Positions 7,352-14,763 of a stretch of DNA of 14,763 nucleotides are shown here, piece after piece (the stretch's first letter is position 1; the number at the start of each line of letters is the position of its first letter). The position numbers and the translations under genes were made by a program. This DNA comes from Candidatus Heimdallarchaeota archaeon (lineage in GTDB: Archaea; Asgardarchaeota; Heimdallarchaeia; JABLTI01): the NCBI GenBank assembly GCA_030614005.1, contig JAUWKS010000074.1:1-14763 (forward strand), read 5' to 3'. The notes below the pieces were generated by a model. That model had not been told where the DNA came from. It worked only from the letters and a program-made list of their open reading frames with translations, and did not search any database.

Positions 7352-8338
7352 TCAAGTTTGTGCTAGTTCTAAAGCAGGACCGATGAATGGGCGAAGGCTT
7401 GTCACTGAATTAATTTCCGTAAAACTATTAGGATCCATTTTCAGGCTTTTTGCTAAACAGTTTATTACCTTATTTGGATAGTCTAATCCTTCATATGCCA
7501 GTGCTAATTCGATCAGAAAACCTGTCTCAGTGGGATATTTTGAACTTGCTTTCTTTAGCACGCCCACTGCAAGTTCGAATTCTTCCAATAGAATATGAAC
7601 ATTTGCTAGATTTGAGTAAGCGTTTTCTAATCCAGGATTTCCTTGTAGAGCTTCATTGAATATTTTTTTTGCTTGTTTATATTCTCTTGCAAAAGCATAT
7701 GTTACTCCGAGTTGATTCAGGATACATGGTGCTCGGAATGTAAGTTTGAGTAATTGTTGGAAGCATTCAATTGCAAATTCATATACTCCCATTTGAGTAT
7801 ACATATTGGCATTGTGATGCAGTGTCCTAATCGTATATTGAAAAATTTCTTCAAAATCCTCCTCCTCAAAAGAATCGTCCTCCCAATGCTCTTCTGTGTT
7901 AAAATTGTAATCATCTTCTGTATTTTCTATTGTTTGCCAATTAATAGTATACATCCCTTCCTTGTTGAGCTGATTTACATTTATTTTTCGGAATTCTTTG
8001 AGAGCTTGAGCGGTATCTCCGTGGCAATAATAGCCAATAGCTAAATGATGCTGTATGGATGCTGATTCTGGAGCAACCTTTACTGCTATTTTATAGAGCT
8101 CAATTGCTTTTTGAAATTGCTTTCTATTTAGATAATGATGTGCAAGAGCATCAATGGGAAAAGCATCCTCCGGACACTCTTGTATTCTTTGAAGTGCTTT
8201 TTGTTCAAGAATATTCCATTTCTCTCCTGTAAGATATTCATCTCGTATTAGACTGCCTTCTTTAGCTTTTTTCTGTATCCTTTGCATATATTTGATTATT
8301 ATTTCATTAGAGATAGTATTACTTACCAACTTTTTCAC
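7352..8338 (-). CDS. Tetratricopeptide-repeat protein (328 aa) with acidic insert
   Basis: Repeated TPR patterns: ALAHHYLNRKQFQKAIELYKIAVKVAP, ILNQLGVTYAFAREYKQAKKIFNEALQGNP, AYSNLANVHILLEEFELAVGVLKKASSKYP. GTG start at 8338; an ATG 17 codons later is an alternative. Confidence 0.92.
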   Translation of the reverse strand: MKKLVSNTISNEIIIKYMQRIQKKAKEGSLIRDEYLTGEKWNILEQKALQRIQECPEDAFPIDALAHHYLNRKQFQKAIELYKIAVKVAPESASIQHHLAIGYYCHGDTAQALKEFRKINVNQLNKEGMYTINWQTIENTEDDYNFNTEEHWEDDSFEEEDFEEIFQYTIRTLHHNANMYTQMGVYEFAIECFQQLLKLTFRAPCILNQLGVTYAFAREYKQAKKIFNEALQGNPGLENAYSNLANVHILLEEFELAVGVLKKASSKYPTETGFLIELALAYEGLDYPNKVINCLAKSLKMDPNSFTEINSVTSLRPFIGPALELAQT

Positions 8339-8574
8339 GTCTCATTTATACTACTCTCCAAGAATTTAATTTATAAAACACTAAATTCATACTTTTCTAC
8401 TGATTTCTACTTTCTTGCACTTTTTGTTTGTACTTTTATGAATACTAGTACTATTTTTTAGGAACAATAAGATTAATATCAACATCAGATTTTTCAGAAA
8501 AAATCATTATATGTTGACATTCTCAGAATATTTTTAATTCTCATAATTAACTATTAATCGAGAGGTTACTAGTA

Positions 8575-9243
8575 TTGACTAAAAAAATTAATACCTTGTT
8601 GGAAACATTTCTTACAGATCTCGAGTGTGAAACAAAGGAAATTGCTCAAACAGGTTTGAGAGATAAACAATATACCTTTGCAGATGGAAACTTTTCTGGG
8701 AGGATAAGATCAATCTTTAGCATCTATACAAGTCAATTGGAACAATTCCGATTACAAATTAATCGAGATCGTAAAATTGTGTTACTCCCTCATTTATTTG
8801 AATTGGTTATTGGCACCTTAACAAGGGAGTTTTTTTCTAACTATCCTGATAGGAAATTCTCTGTCCAAATGGAGATGCAAGAGAAAGTTACTAAAGATAA
8901 AAGAGTAAAAATCCCTGATATAACCATTTTAGAGGACAACCATAAGATTGCCATTATTGAGCTAAAATGGGATTTAAAGCTTAAAGGCTATAAAGATGAA
9001 ATAGCAAGACGAAAGAAATTTTCCAATCTGCTTTATTTTACTTTGTTATATTGGAATGAAACTGGAACAATGATAGATGAAATGATTGTCGATAAATGTG
9101 ATAGGATTTATAGCATTCATCCATATTCCAAGCTCACTACTAAGAAAAAAAGTAAGACTACTGCTGAATTAGAGTATATTAATTCGCATCTTGAAGTAAC
9201 TAATCCTATTGAACAAATTTATAAGAAAATCCTTTCTAAATAA
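8575..9243 (+). CDS. PD-(D/E)xK superfamily nuclease (restriction-endonuclease-like, 222 aa)
   Basis: Helix LFELVIG, then KIPDITIL...IAIIELKW, giving E...PD-x13-ExK. TTG start with AGAGG at 8561-8565. Confidence 0.8.
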   Translation: MTKKINTLLETFLTDLECETKEIAQTGLRDKQYTFADGNFSGRIRSIFSIYTSQLEQFRLQINRDRKIVLLPHLFELVIGTLTREFFSNYPDRKFSVQMEMQEKVTKDKRVKIPDITILEDNHKIAIIELKWDLKLKGYKDEIARRKKFSNLLYFTLLYWNETGTMIDEMIVDKCDRIYSIHPYSKLTTKKKSKTTAELEYINSHLEVTNPIEQIYKKILSK

Positions 9244-9342
9244 TGATATAGTTGTCATTACCAAATTTTAGGCTTGTTTCATTACAGCTTAACATTTAGT
9301 GAATTGCACATAGACTTCAGTTGTTGGGGTAAGTGAAAGGAA

Positions 9343-11250
9343 ATGTTCTTACAATTACGAGAATTTAAAATATCAAACTTCAGAAAAATCAATTATTATG
9401 AAGCAAAATTAAACGGGAATTGGATTTCAATTGTGGGGACTAATTCTTCAGGCAAATCATCAATAATCAATGCTTTAACATTTTTGAGTGATTTTGAAGC
9501 CCCTAATCCATTTGACATTAGAAATGATTCTGATTCTTCGTACTATGAGTTTGATGAAGTAGAAGCTAGTTTCAGTGTAAATTTACTTCTCTCAATAGAA
9601 GGTTCTTATAGAGAAATGATGAATAATTCTAGCTTTCGAAAAACAATATTTGAAATTTATAAAATCGAAAGAAATGGAATTATTTCAAATAATGAAAAAA
9701 AGGAAACTCCCGCGAAATTGGAAATAAATCCAAGTTTAAACCGAGTAACTAGAATTCTTGAGAAAATTGAAGAAAAAACTCAACTTTACTCAATTTTAGA
9801 AGAAGGTTATATTCAAGCATCAAATGATGAATTTAATAAACATCCAGATTTTGAACCTTACAGCACTTTATTCGACAATAACTGTATCAAATCCTTTGAT
9901 GAACTTTCAGAATCGATTAAATTTATTGAAATATTTTATCAAATTACAGTATCTGATGAGCCTTTGCTTCGGATTAGATTTCTAGACAAAGAAAGAAAAA
10001 TGATAATTAATGATAGAATTTTCTATCATCTGATTAAAGGATGCGAAGCTTTTGATCACCCTATGACTTTCATTTATGGCTTCATTTTAACCTTCTTCAA
10101 AGGCGTAATTAATACTCTTGTATATGAAAACCATGAAGAATCAGATGAAAAACTAAGACATCTTTTACTTAGAAAAGGAGAAAATTTGCTTGACAAGCTT
10201 AGACACGACTTAATCTATTGTCCAGAAAAAACTGAGACAATTAAAGCTAATTTTGAGAAAATTTTTGGTACAACTCTCGATTTCAAACTTGTTCGTTTTG
10301 ATGGTTCTTCAACAATTCAAGCTAGAATTGGTAATACTGATCACACAATAATAAATTACCTAGCTGATGGGATGAAAAGAGTTTTGAATATTCTTGTGCA
10401 GTTAGAGGATTGTGATGGTGGTATTCTATTTATTGATGAAGTTGAGTTACATTTACATCCTCGAGCTTGTAAAGTATTGCGAGAAATTCTATCACAAAAT
10501 AAGTCAACCGCACAAATAATCACAACCACTCACTCACCAATCTTTATTGATCCATCGTATATTGATTATATAGTACTTAATCAGCTTGAAAGTGGAAAAG
10601 TACGATCATCGATTTTGGATAGTGATGAAATTTCAGAGGCATTATCAGCAATAGGAAGTAGTGGTGTAGATGTTCTATTTTTTGAATTAGTTATTCGTGT
10701 AGAAGGTCCTTCAGATGTTATCTATCTAGAGAAATTTCTTAGTATATTTCTTGAACAAACACCCTATTCGAGATTAATTAATAAAATTGGTATTTTTCAA
10801 TATGGTGGAAAATCAGTTCTAATACACATGGATTTAAAGAAAAGTAAAAAACTGAATTCAAAGACAATATTTGTTTTGGATGGTGATAATCCTGGTAACA
10901 AGACAGATTTTGATAGAAGGGATCGAGATTTTCTAAAGAAATGTAATGAAGTAGGAATCTTTTGCTGGATTACTAAAAGACGGGAGATTGAGAACTATCT
11001 TACAGCTGAAATATTAGAGAAGAGTTTCAGTCTTGAACCTAATTCATTAGAAATTTCGGAGTATGATGATGTTTTTCTTAAGCTTCCAAGAAATTTAGGA
11101 TTGATAAAATCTAAGGGTGAGAAGATGAAAACAAAGCTTGCAAAAAAAGTAAGGGATTATATTACACTAGATTCTCTGAAAACCAATGTTGAAATTTTTA
11201 ATGAATTGTCTGATTTTATAAAGAATGTTATTCAATTAGCTGAAAAATAA
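9343..11250 (+). CDS. OLD-family ATP-dependent nuclease (ABC/AAA ATPase + TOPRIM, 635 aa)
   Basis: Walker A GTNSSGKS, signature LADGMKR, Walker B ILFIDEVELHLHP, H-loop TTTHSP. TOPRIM motifs VEGPSD and VLDGD, plus REIENYL. AAAGGA precedes the ATG. Confidence 0.9.
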   Translation: MFLQLREFKISNFRKINYYEAKLNGNWISIVGTNSSGKSSIINALTFLSDFEAPNPFDIRNDSDSSYYEFDEVEASFSVNLLLSIEGSYREMMNNSSFRKTIFEIYKIERNGIISNNEKKETPAKLEINPSLNRVTRILEKIEEKTQLYSILEEGYIQASNDEFNKHPDFEPYSTLFDNNCIKSFDELSESIKFIEIFYQITVSDEPLLRIRFLDKERKMIINDRIFYHLIKGCEAFDHPMTFIYGFILTFFKGVINTLVYENHEESDEKLRHLLLRKGENLLDKLRHDLIYCPEKTETIKANFEKIFGTTLDFKLVRFDGSSTIQARIGNTDHTIINYLADGMKRVLNILVQLEDCDGGILFIDEVELHLHPRACKVLREILSQNKSTAQIITTTHSPIFIDPSYIDYIVLNQLESGKVRSSILDSDEISEALSAIGSSGVDVLFFELVIRVEGPSDVIYLEKFLSIFLEQTPYSRLINKIGIFQYGGKSVLIHMDLKKSKKLNSKTIFVLDGDNPGNKTDFDRRDRDFLKKCNEVGIFCWITKRREIENYLTAEILEKSFSLEPNSLEISEYDDVFLKLPRNLGLIKSKGEKMKTKLAKKVRDYITLDSLKTNVEIFNELSDFIKNVIQLAEK

Positions 11251-11315
11251 ACTACATATGGTAATACTATAATTTATTATTTGGAAATTATCTATTTATA
11301 TTCATTGAAATAGGG

Positions 11316-12350
11316 ATGATATTAACTATGACTAAGAAACCACAAGGTAGAGCACGCAATTGGAAAGTCAAATATGGAAAAAAATCTACTTATGCAAAAT
11401 CAATTGGAAAAAGTCCTCAGAATAAACCTCATAGGGTTCGAGTTAAATCTGCTGCAAAGTCTACACAAGCAACGACTCAGCAACCTTTGAATAGAAGTGC
11501 AAAGAGAAATGAAGAGATTGTTGACTTACCAAGAAGAATTAGAAATTTACCAATAAAAGTAGCCATCAAAGAACTAGAAGAAATGACAGAGAAAATCAAG
11601 CAAAGTGATATTCCTCTTTCTAATAATACTGATTTTAAAATTCTTCAAGAAATATGTCTAGATAAGGAGTTACCTGATATTGTTCGATTAAAAGCACTGG
11701 AAGTGATAAAAGAAATAGATTTTAAGTCTTACTCTATTTTATGTGATTTACTTCTCAGAAACATAAGTGAGAATATTGAATTTAAAATAAATTCTGTAAA
11801 AGTAATCGATAAGAGTATTAGTGTTGTTTCTCAGGGAAATTCCTATGTTATTGGCAATGGCTCAGTGGTAAATATTAGTACCGAGAGAAACAAATCGGAT
11901 TTCTTCATTAATCCGAAATGGGTTGCATCTACTACATCTGATCTTAAAACTCTAGTTGAAGAAATAAATTTACTCTATGTTAATGGTAATAATCAACCAG
12001 TTTTTGTTTTAACTAGAGTACTTTTTGAGAATTATGTTAAGGAAATTCTTTATAGTAATTTTGAGAATGAACCCAATTTATGGCGAAAATCTAGCAATGG
12101 CAATCTTCGTTCTTTGAATTTTAGTGAATTAATCGGTAACCTTTTCACAAAACAGGAGGTTCTTATTAAAGCCTTTGGCAACACCCATTCTGATGATATT
12201 GATAGACATAAGCAATATTTTCACTTACTTCGAAGATTACTTAATGTTCCAGCTCATTCTACAATCTCACCAACAGATAGCCAAGTTGAAGAATTAAAAG
12301 AAAAAATCAATAGAACTTTACCGTATTTGTATAAAATGCTGAAGAAATAG
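11316..12350 (+). CDS. HEPN-like (DUF4145-type) C-terminal domain protein with basic N-terminal tail (344 aa)
   Basis: The C-terminal part has VLTRVLFENYVK...LNFSELIGNL...LRRLLNVPAH (R-x6-H at 12234-12257), the layout typical of DUF4145/HEPN. The family call comes from motif recognition only. Confidence 0.65.
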   Translation: MILTMTKKPQGRARNWKVKYGKKSTYAKSIGKSPQNKPHRVRVKSAAKSTQATTQQPLNRSAKRNEEIVDLPRRIRNLPIKVAIKELEEMTEKIKQSDIPLSNNTDFKILQEICLDKELPDIVRLKALEVIKEIDFKSYSILCDLLLRNISENIEFKINSVKVIDKSISVVSQGNSYVIGNGSVVNISTERNKSDFFINPKWVASTTSDLKTLVEEINLLYVNGNNQPVFVLTRVLFENYVKEILYSNFENEPNLWRKSSNGNLRSLNFSELIGNLFTKQEVLIKAFGNTHSDDIDRHKQYFHLLRRLLNVPAHSTISPTDSQVEELKEKINRTLPYLYKMLKK

Positions 12351-12393
12351 AAGTACCTACACAAGAATACGTTCTCAATAATGACACAAATAA

Positions 12394-12401
12394 TTATATA
12401 A
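12394..12401 (+). promoter_or_regulatory. Candidate TATA box (TTATATAA) upstream of mod copy 1
   Basis: About 50 nt upstream of ATG 12451, within a 100-bp intergenic gap. Confidence 0.35.
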
Positions 12402-12450
12402 AACCCTAAACTATTCACACTATAGAATTTGTTATTTTGGTGTCTTGTGG

Positions 12451-14358
12451 ATGAGAAAATCTGAAGAAGTCAATAAATCTGTTAATATTGAATTTCTAAA
12501 AGTTCTACAGGATCAGTTTCCTTTTATTTTCGAGGAAGGAAAGATTAACTTAGACACTTTTTCTAGGTTTGTAGGAGATTCAAATCTTATTAAAAGTGAG
12601 GATAATCGTTTTTATTTCAATTGGACGAATAAGAATAATTTAATGAATATCATTCAAAGTCCCAGCTATTGTTCATTAAGTCCTGATTATGACAAGTCAA
12701 CTAATTTCGACAATACTGAAAATTTGATGATTGTTGGTGAGAATTTAGAAGTACTAAAACTTCTAACTAAACAATATTTTAGTAAAGTGAAAATGATCTA
12801 TATTGATCCTCCATATAACACTGGTAAAGATTTCATTTATTCAGACAATTTTACTGAACCTCTTCAAGATTATCTGGAAAAAACAGGTCAAATTGATAGT
12901 GAAGGCAAAAAACTTACTACTAATATGGAATCAAATGGTAGGTTTCATTCTGATTGGTTGAATTTCATGTATCCAAGACTTTTTCTTGCTAGAAATTTCT
13001 TGCGAGAAGATGGTGTTATTTTAGTCTCTATTGATGATGGTGAAATCCATAATTTACGAAAAATCATGGATGAGATTTTTGGTGAAGAAAATTTCATAGC
13101 CACTATCATTTGGGAGAAAAAATATTCTCCTCAAAATGATGCATTATGGCTTTCTGATAACCATGATTTTATTCTTTTATATGCTAGAGATAAAACAATA
13201 TGGCGTCCCAAACTACTCCCCCGAACAGAAGAAGCAAATTCTCGTTATTCAAATCCTGATAATGATATTCGAGGTCCCTGGAAATCCGGAGATCTCTCTG
13301 TTAGAACTTATACTGCTGAATATGATTATCCAATTACAACTCCATCAGGTAGAATAGTTAATCCACCTAAAGGCAGATGTTGGAGTTTTCCAAAAGAATC
13401 TTTCAAACGAATGGTTGCTGATAAACGCATTTGGTTTGGAAAAGAAGGAAATAATGTACCAAGTATTAAACAATTTATTTCTGAAGTTAAGCAAGGCATT
13501 ACTTCATTAACAATTTGGAAACGGGAAGAAGTAGGTGATACACAAAGTGCTAGAAGAGAAATTCGAGATTTGTTTAGTGATAGTGGTGTTTTTGATACAC
13601 CCAAACCAGTTCGATTGATTAAGAAAATGTTACATCTTTGCACTGAATCAAGTGAAGGTGATATAATATTGGATTTCTTTGCTGGATCTGGTACTACTGG
13701 TCATGCTGTTTGGGACTTGAATCATGATGATAGTGGTAATCGAAAATTCATTCTTGTCAATATTGATGAGAAAGTACTAAGAGATTCTGTTAGTAAGGAA
13801 TTTCCAACCGTAAGTGATGTTTGCATTGAAAGACTCAAAAGAGCAACCAAAACTTTTGATTACAACAAACAAGATAAAATAACAGAATTTATCAAAGGAA
13901 ATGATAAAGAGACAGAAATAGGTAAAATTGATTTTGGATTTAAAGTTTTCAAATTGATAAACTCAAACTTTAATCTTGAGAATGAATTCAAAATTGATAA
14001 TGTAGACGAGGAGTTACTTAAAAAATACAGAGAATGGCTTGGTCTAGCTATTGATCAATCGATCCTACCCGAGTCTACTTCAATCAACATCCTTTATGAA
14101 ATTATTATTAAACAAGGATTCGATTTGCATTCGAAAATTGAGAAGGTGAAGATAAAAGAGAATTCATTTTTTAAAGTACTGAATAAAAATGATGAACTCA
14201 ACTTCTACTTTTCTTTTGATGAGAAAATTGCTGAAGAAACCATCGAAAACATAAGAACAGAAGAATATCGAGATAATCTTTTTATTTTCCGAGATAGTGC
14301 ACTATCTGACAACGATAAGATAAATTTAAAGACTGTTGTAAGATTAAAGATTGTTTAG
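12451..14358 (+). CDS. mod: Type III restriction-modification methyltransferase (Mod subunit), copy 1
   Basis: Beta-class order: GENLEVLK, motif IV IYIDPPYNTG, HSDWLNFMYPRL, a TRD, FDTPKP, motif I LDFFAGSGTTGHA, and a Mod-type C-terminus. ATG 12451 is preferred over the track's TTG 12445. Confidence 0.95.
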   Translation: MRKSEEVNKSVNIEFLKVLQDQFPFIFEEGKINLDTFSRFVGDSNLIKSEDNRFYFNWTNKNNLMNIIQSPSYCSLSPDYDKSTNFDNTENLMIVGENLEVLKLLTKQYFSKVKMIYIDPPYNTGKDFIYSDNFTEPLQDYLEKTGQIDSEGKKLTTNMESNGRFHSDWLNFMYPRLFLARNFLREDGVILVSIDDGEIHNLRKIMDEIFGEENFIATIIWEKKYSPQNDALWLSDNHDFILLYARDKTIWRPKLLPRTEEANSRYSNPDNDIRGPWKSGDLSVRTYTAEYDYPITTPSGRIVNPPKGRCWSFPKESFKRMVADKRIWFGKEGNNVPSIKQFISEVKQGITSLTIWKREEVGDTQSARREIRDLFSDSGVFDTPKPVRLIKKMLHLCTESSEGDIILDFFAGSGTTGHAVWDLNHDDSGNRKFILVNIDEKVLRDSVSKEFPTVSDVCIERLKRATKTFDYNKQDKITEFIKGNDKETEIGKIDFGFKVFKLINSNFNLENEFKIDNVDEELLKKYREWLGLAIDQSILPESTSINILYEIIIKQGFDLHSKIEKVKIKENSFFKVLNKNDELNFYFSFDEKIAEETIENIRTEEYRDNLFIFRDSALSDNDKINLKTVVRLKIV

Positions 14359-14372
14359 TAAAAAAAAGTAGT

Positions 14373-14763
14373 ATGAAAAGAACTATTTTTCGACTGGGAG
14401 ACAATAAATTGACAAAAACAGACAAAATAGATAAAATTGTTAAAATTGAATTAGTTAATAGCTTAAGAGAGCATTTTCCACAAATTTTTGAGGATGAAAA
14501 GATACATTTTGATAAATTACGAGAATTACTATCTAATGATTTGACTCAGAGTAAGGATGATAGATTCTATTTTAATTGGGCTGAAAAAAACTCAATTTCG
14601 AAAATTCTACAAACACCTGCTTACGGTACTTTAAAACCAGATAAAAAAGCATCACTCAAATTTGAGGACACCAGAAACTTAATGATTATTGGAGAAAACC
14701 TTGAAGTTCTTAAATTACTTCTTAAGCCATATTTTGGTCAAGTGAAAATGATCTATATAGATC
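14373..14763 (+). CDS. mod: Type III Mod methyltransferase, copy 2; partial, runs off the window
   Basis: Not in the ORF track. ATG 14373, or TTG 14409 after GGGAG: (M)TKTDKIDKIVKIELVNSLREHFPQIFEDEKIHFDKLRELLSNDLTQSKDDRFYFNWAEK...NLMIIGENLEVLKLLLKPYFGQVKMIYID, cut at the start of motif IV. Confidence 0.9.
   Translation, partial: MKRTIFRLGDNKLTKTDKIDKIVKIELVNSLREHFPQIFEDEKIHFDKLRELLSNDLTQSKDDRFYFNWAEKNSISKILQTPAYGTLKPDKKASLKFEDTRNLMIIGENLEVLKLLLKPYFGQVKMIYID

Noticed and set aside
7450-8044. ORFs 7450-7659(+), 7717-7914(-) and 7754-8044(+)
   Set aside because: Nested in or antisense to the TPR gene; no recognisable domains.
8488-8505. Inverted repeat GATTTTT-CAGA-AAAAATC
   Set aside because: Short and homopolymer-driven, with no second copy found.
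9343-11250. Calling this gene Gabija gajA
   Set aside because: No UvrD-like gajB is adjacent in the window.
13136-13643. ORFs 13136-13357(+) and 13326-13643(-)
   Set aside because: Alternative-frame or antisense shadows within mod copy 1.
12451-14763. Phase-variable simple sequence repeats in the mod genes (phasevarion)
   Set aside because: No tandem repeat tract was seen in either coding region; the A8 at about 14360 is intergenic.
1-14763. CRISPR array, tRNA, rRNA, transposase or integrase
   Set aside because: No regularly spaced repeats, cloverleaf patterns or DDE/tyrosine-recombinase motifs were recognised.

Overview
AT-rich prokaryotic window, probably archaeal: TATA-like boxes sit upstream of several genes, and the gene styles suggest an Asgard/Heimdallarchaeia-like host (inference, not verified). 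Left (1-4086, minus): a MacB/FtsX-type ABC operon with a 960-aa permease and a tandem ABC ATPase that runs off the window and has an AbrB-like linker. Middle (4427-8338): accessory block with a GC-clamped hairpin, a broken metallophosphoesterase-like locus, two small in-frame AbrB/SpoVT-like ORFs absent from the ORF track, a free-standing double-LAGLIDADG + XRE-HTH protein and a TPR protein. Right (8575-14763, plus): a candidate defence island with a PD-(D/E)xK nuclease, an OLD-family ATPase-TOPRIM nuclease, a HEPN/DUF4145-like protein and two tandem Type III Mod methyltransferases, the second truncated by the window end. The best candidates for an undescribed system are the nuclease-OLD-HEPN-double-Mod cassette and the AbrB/LAGLIDADG-HTH module. 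No tRNA, rRNA, CRISPR array or transposase was recognised.
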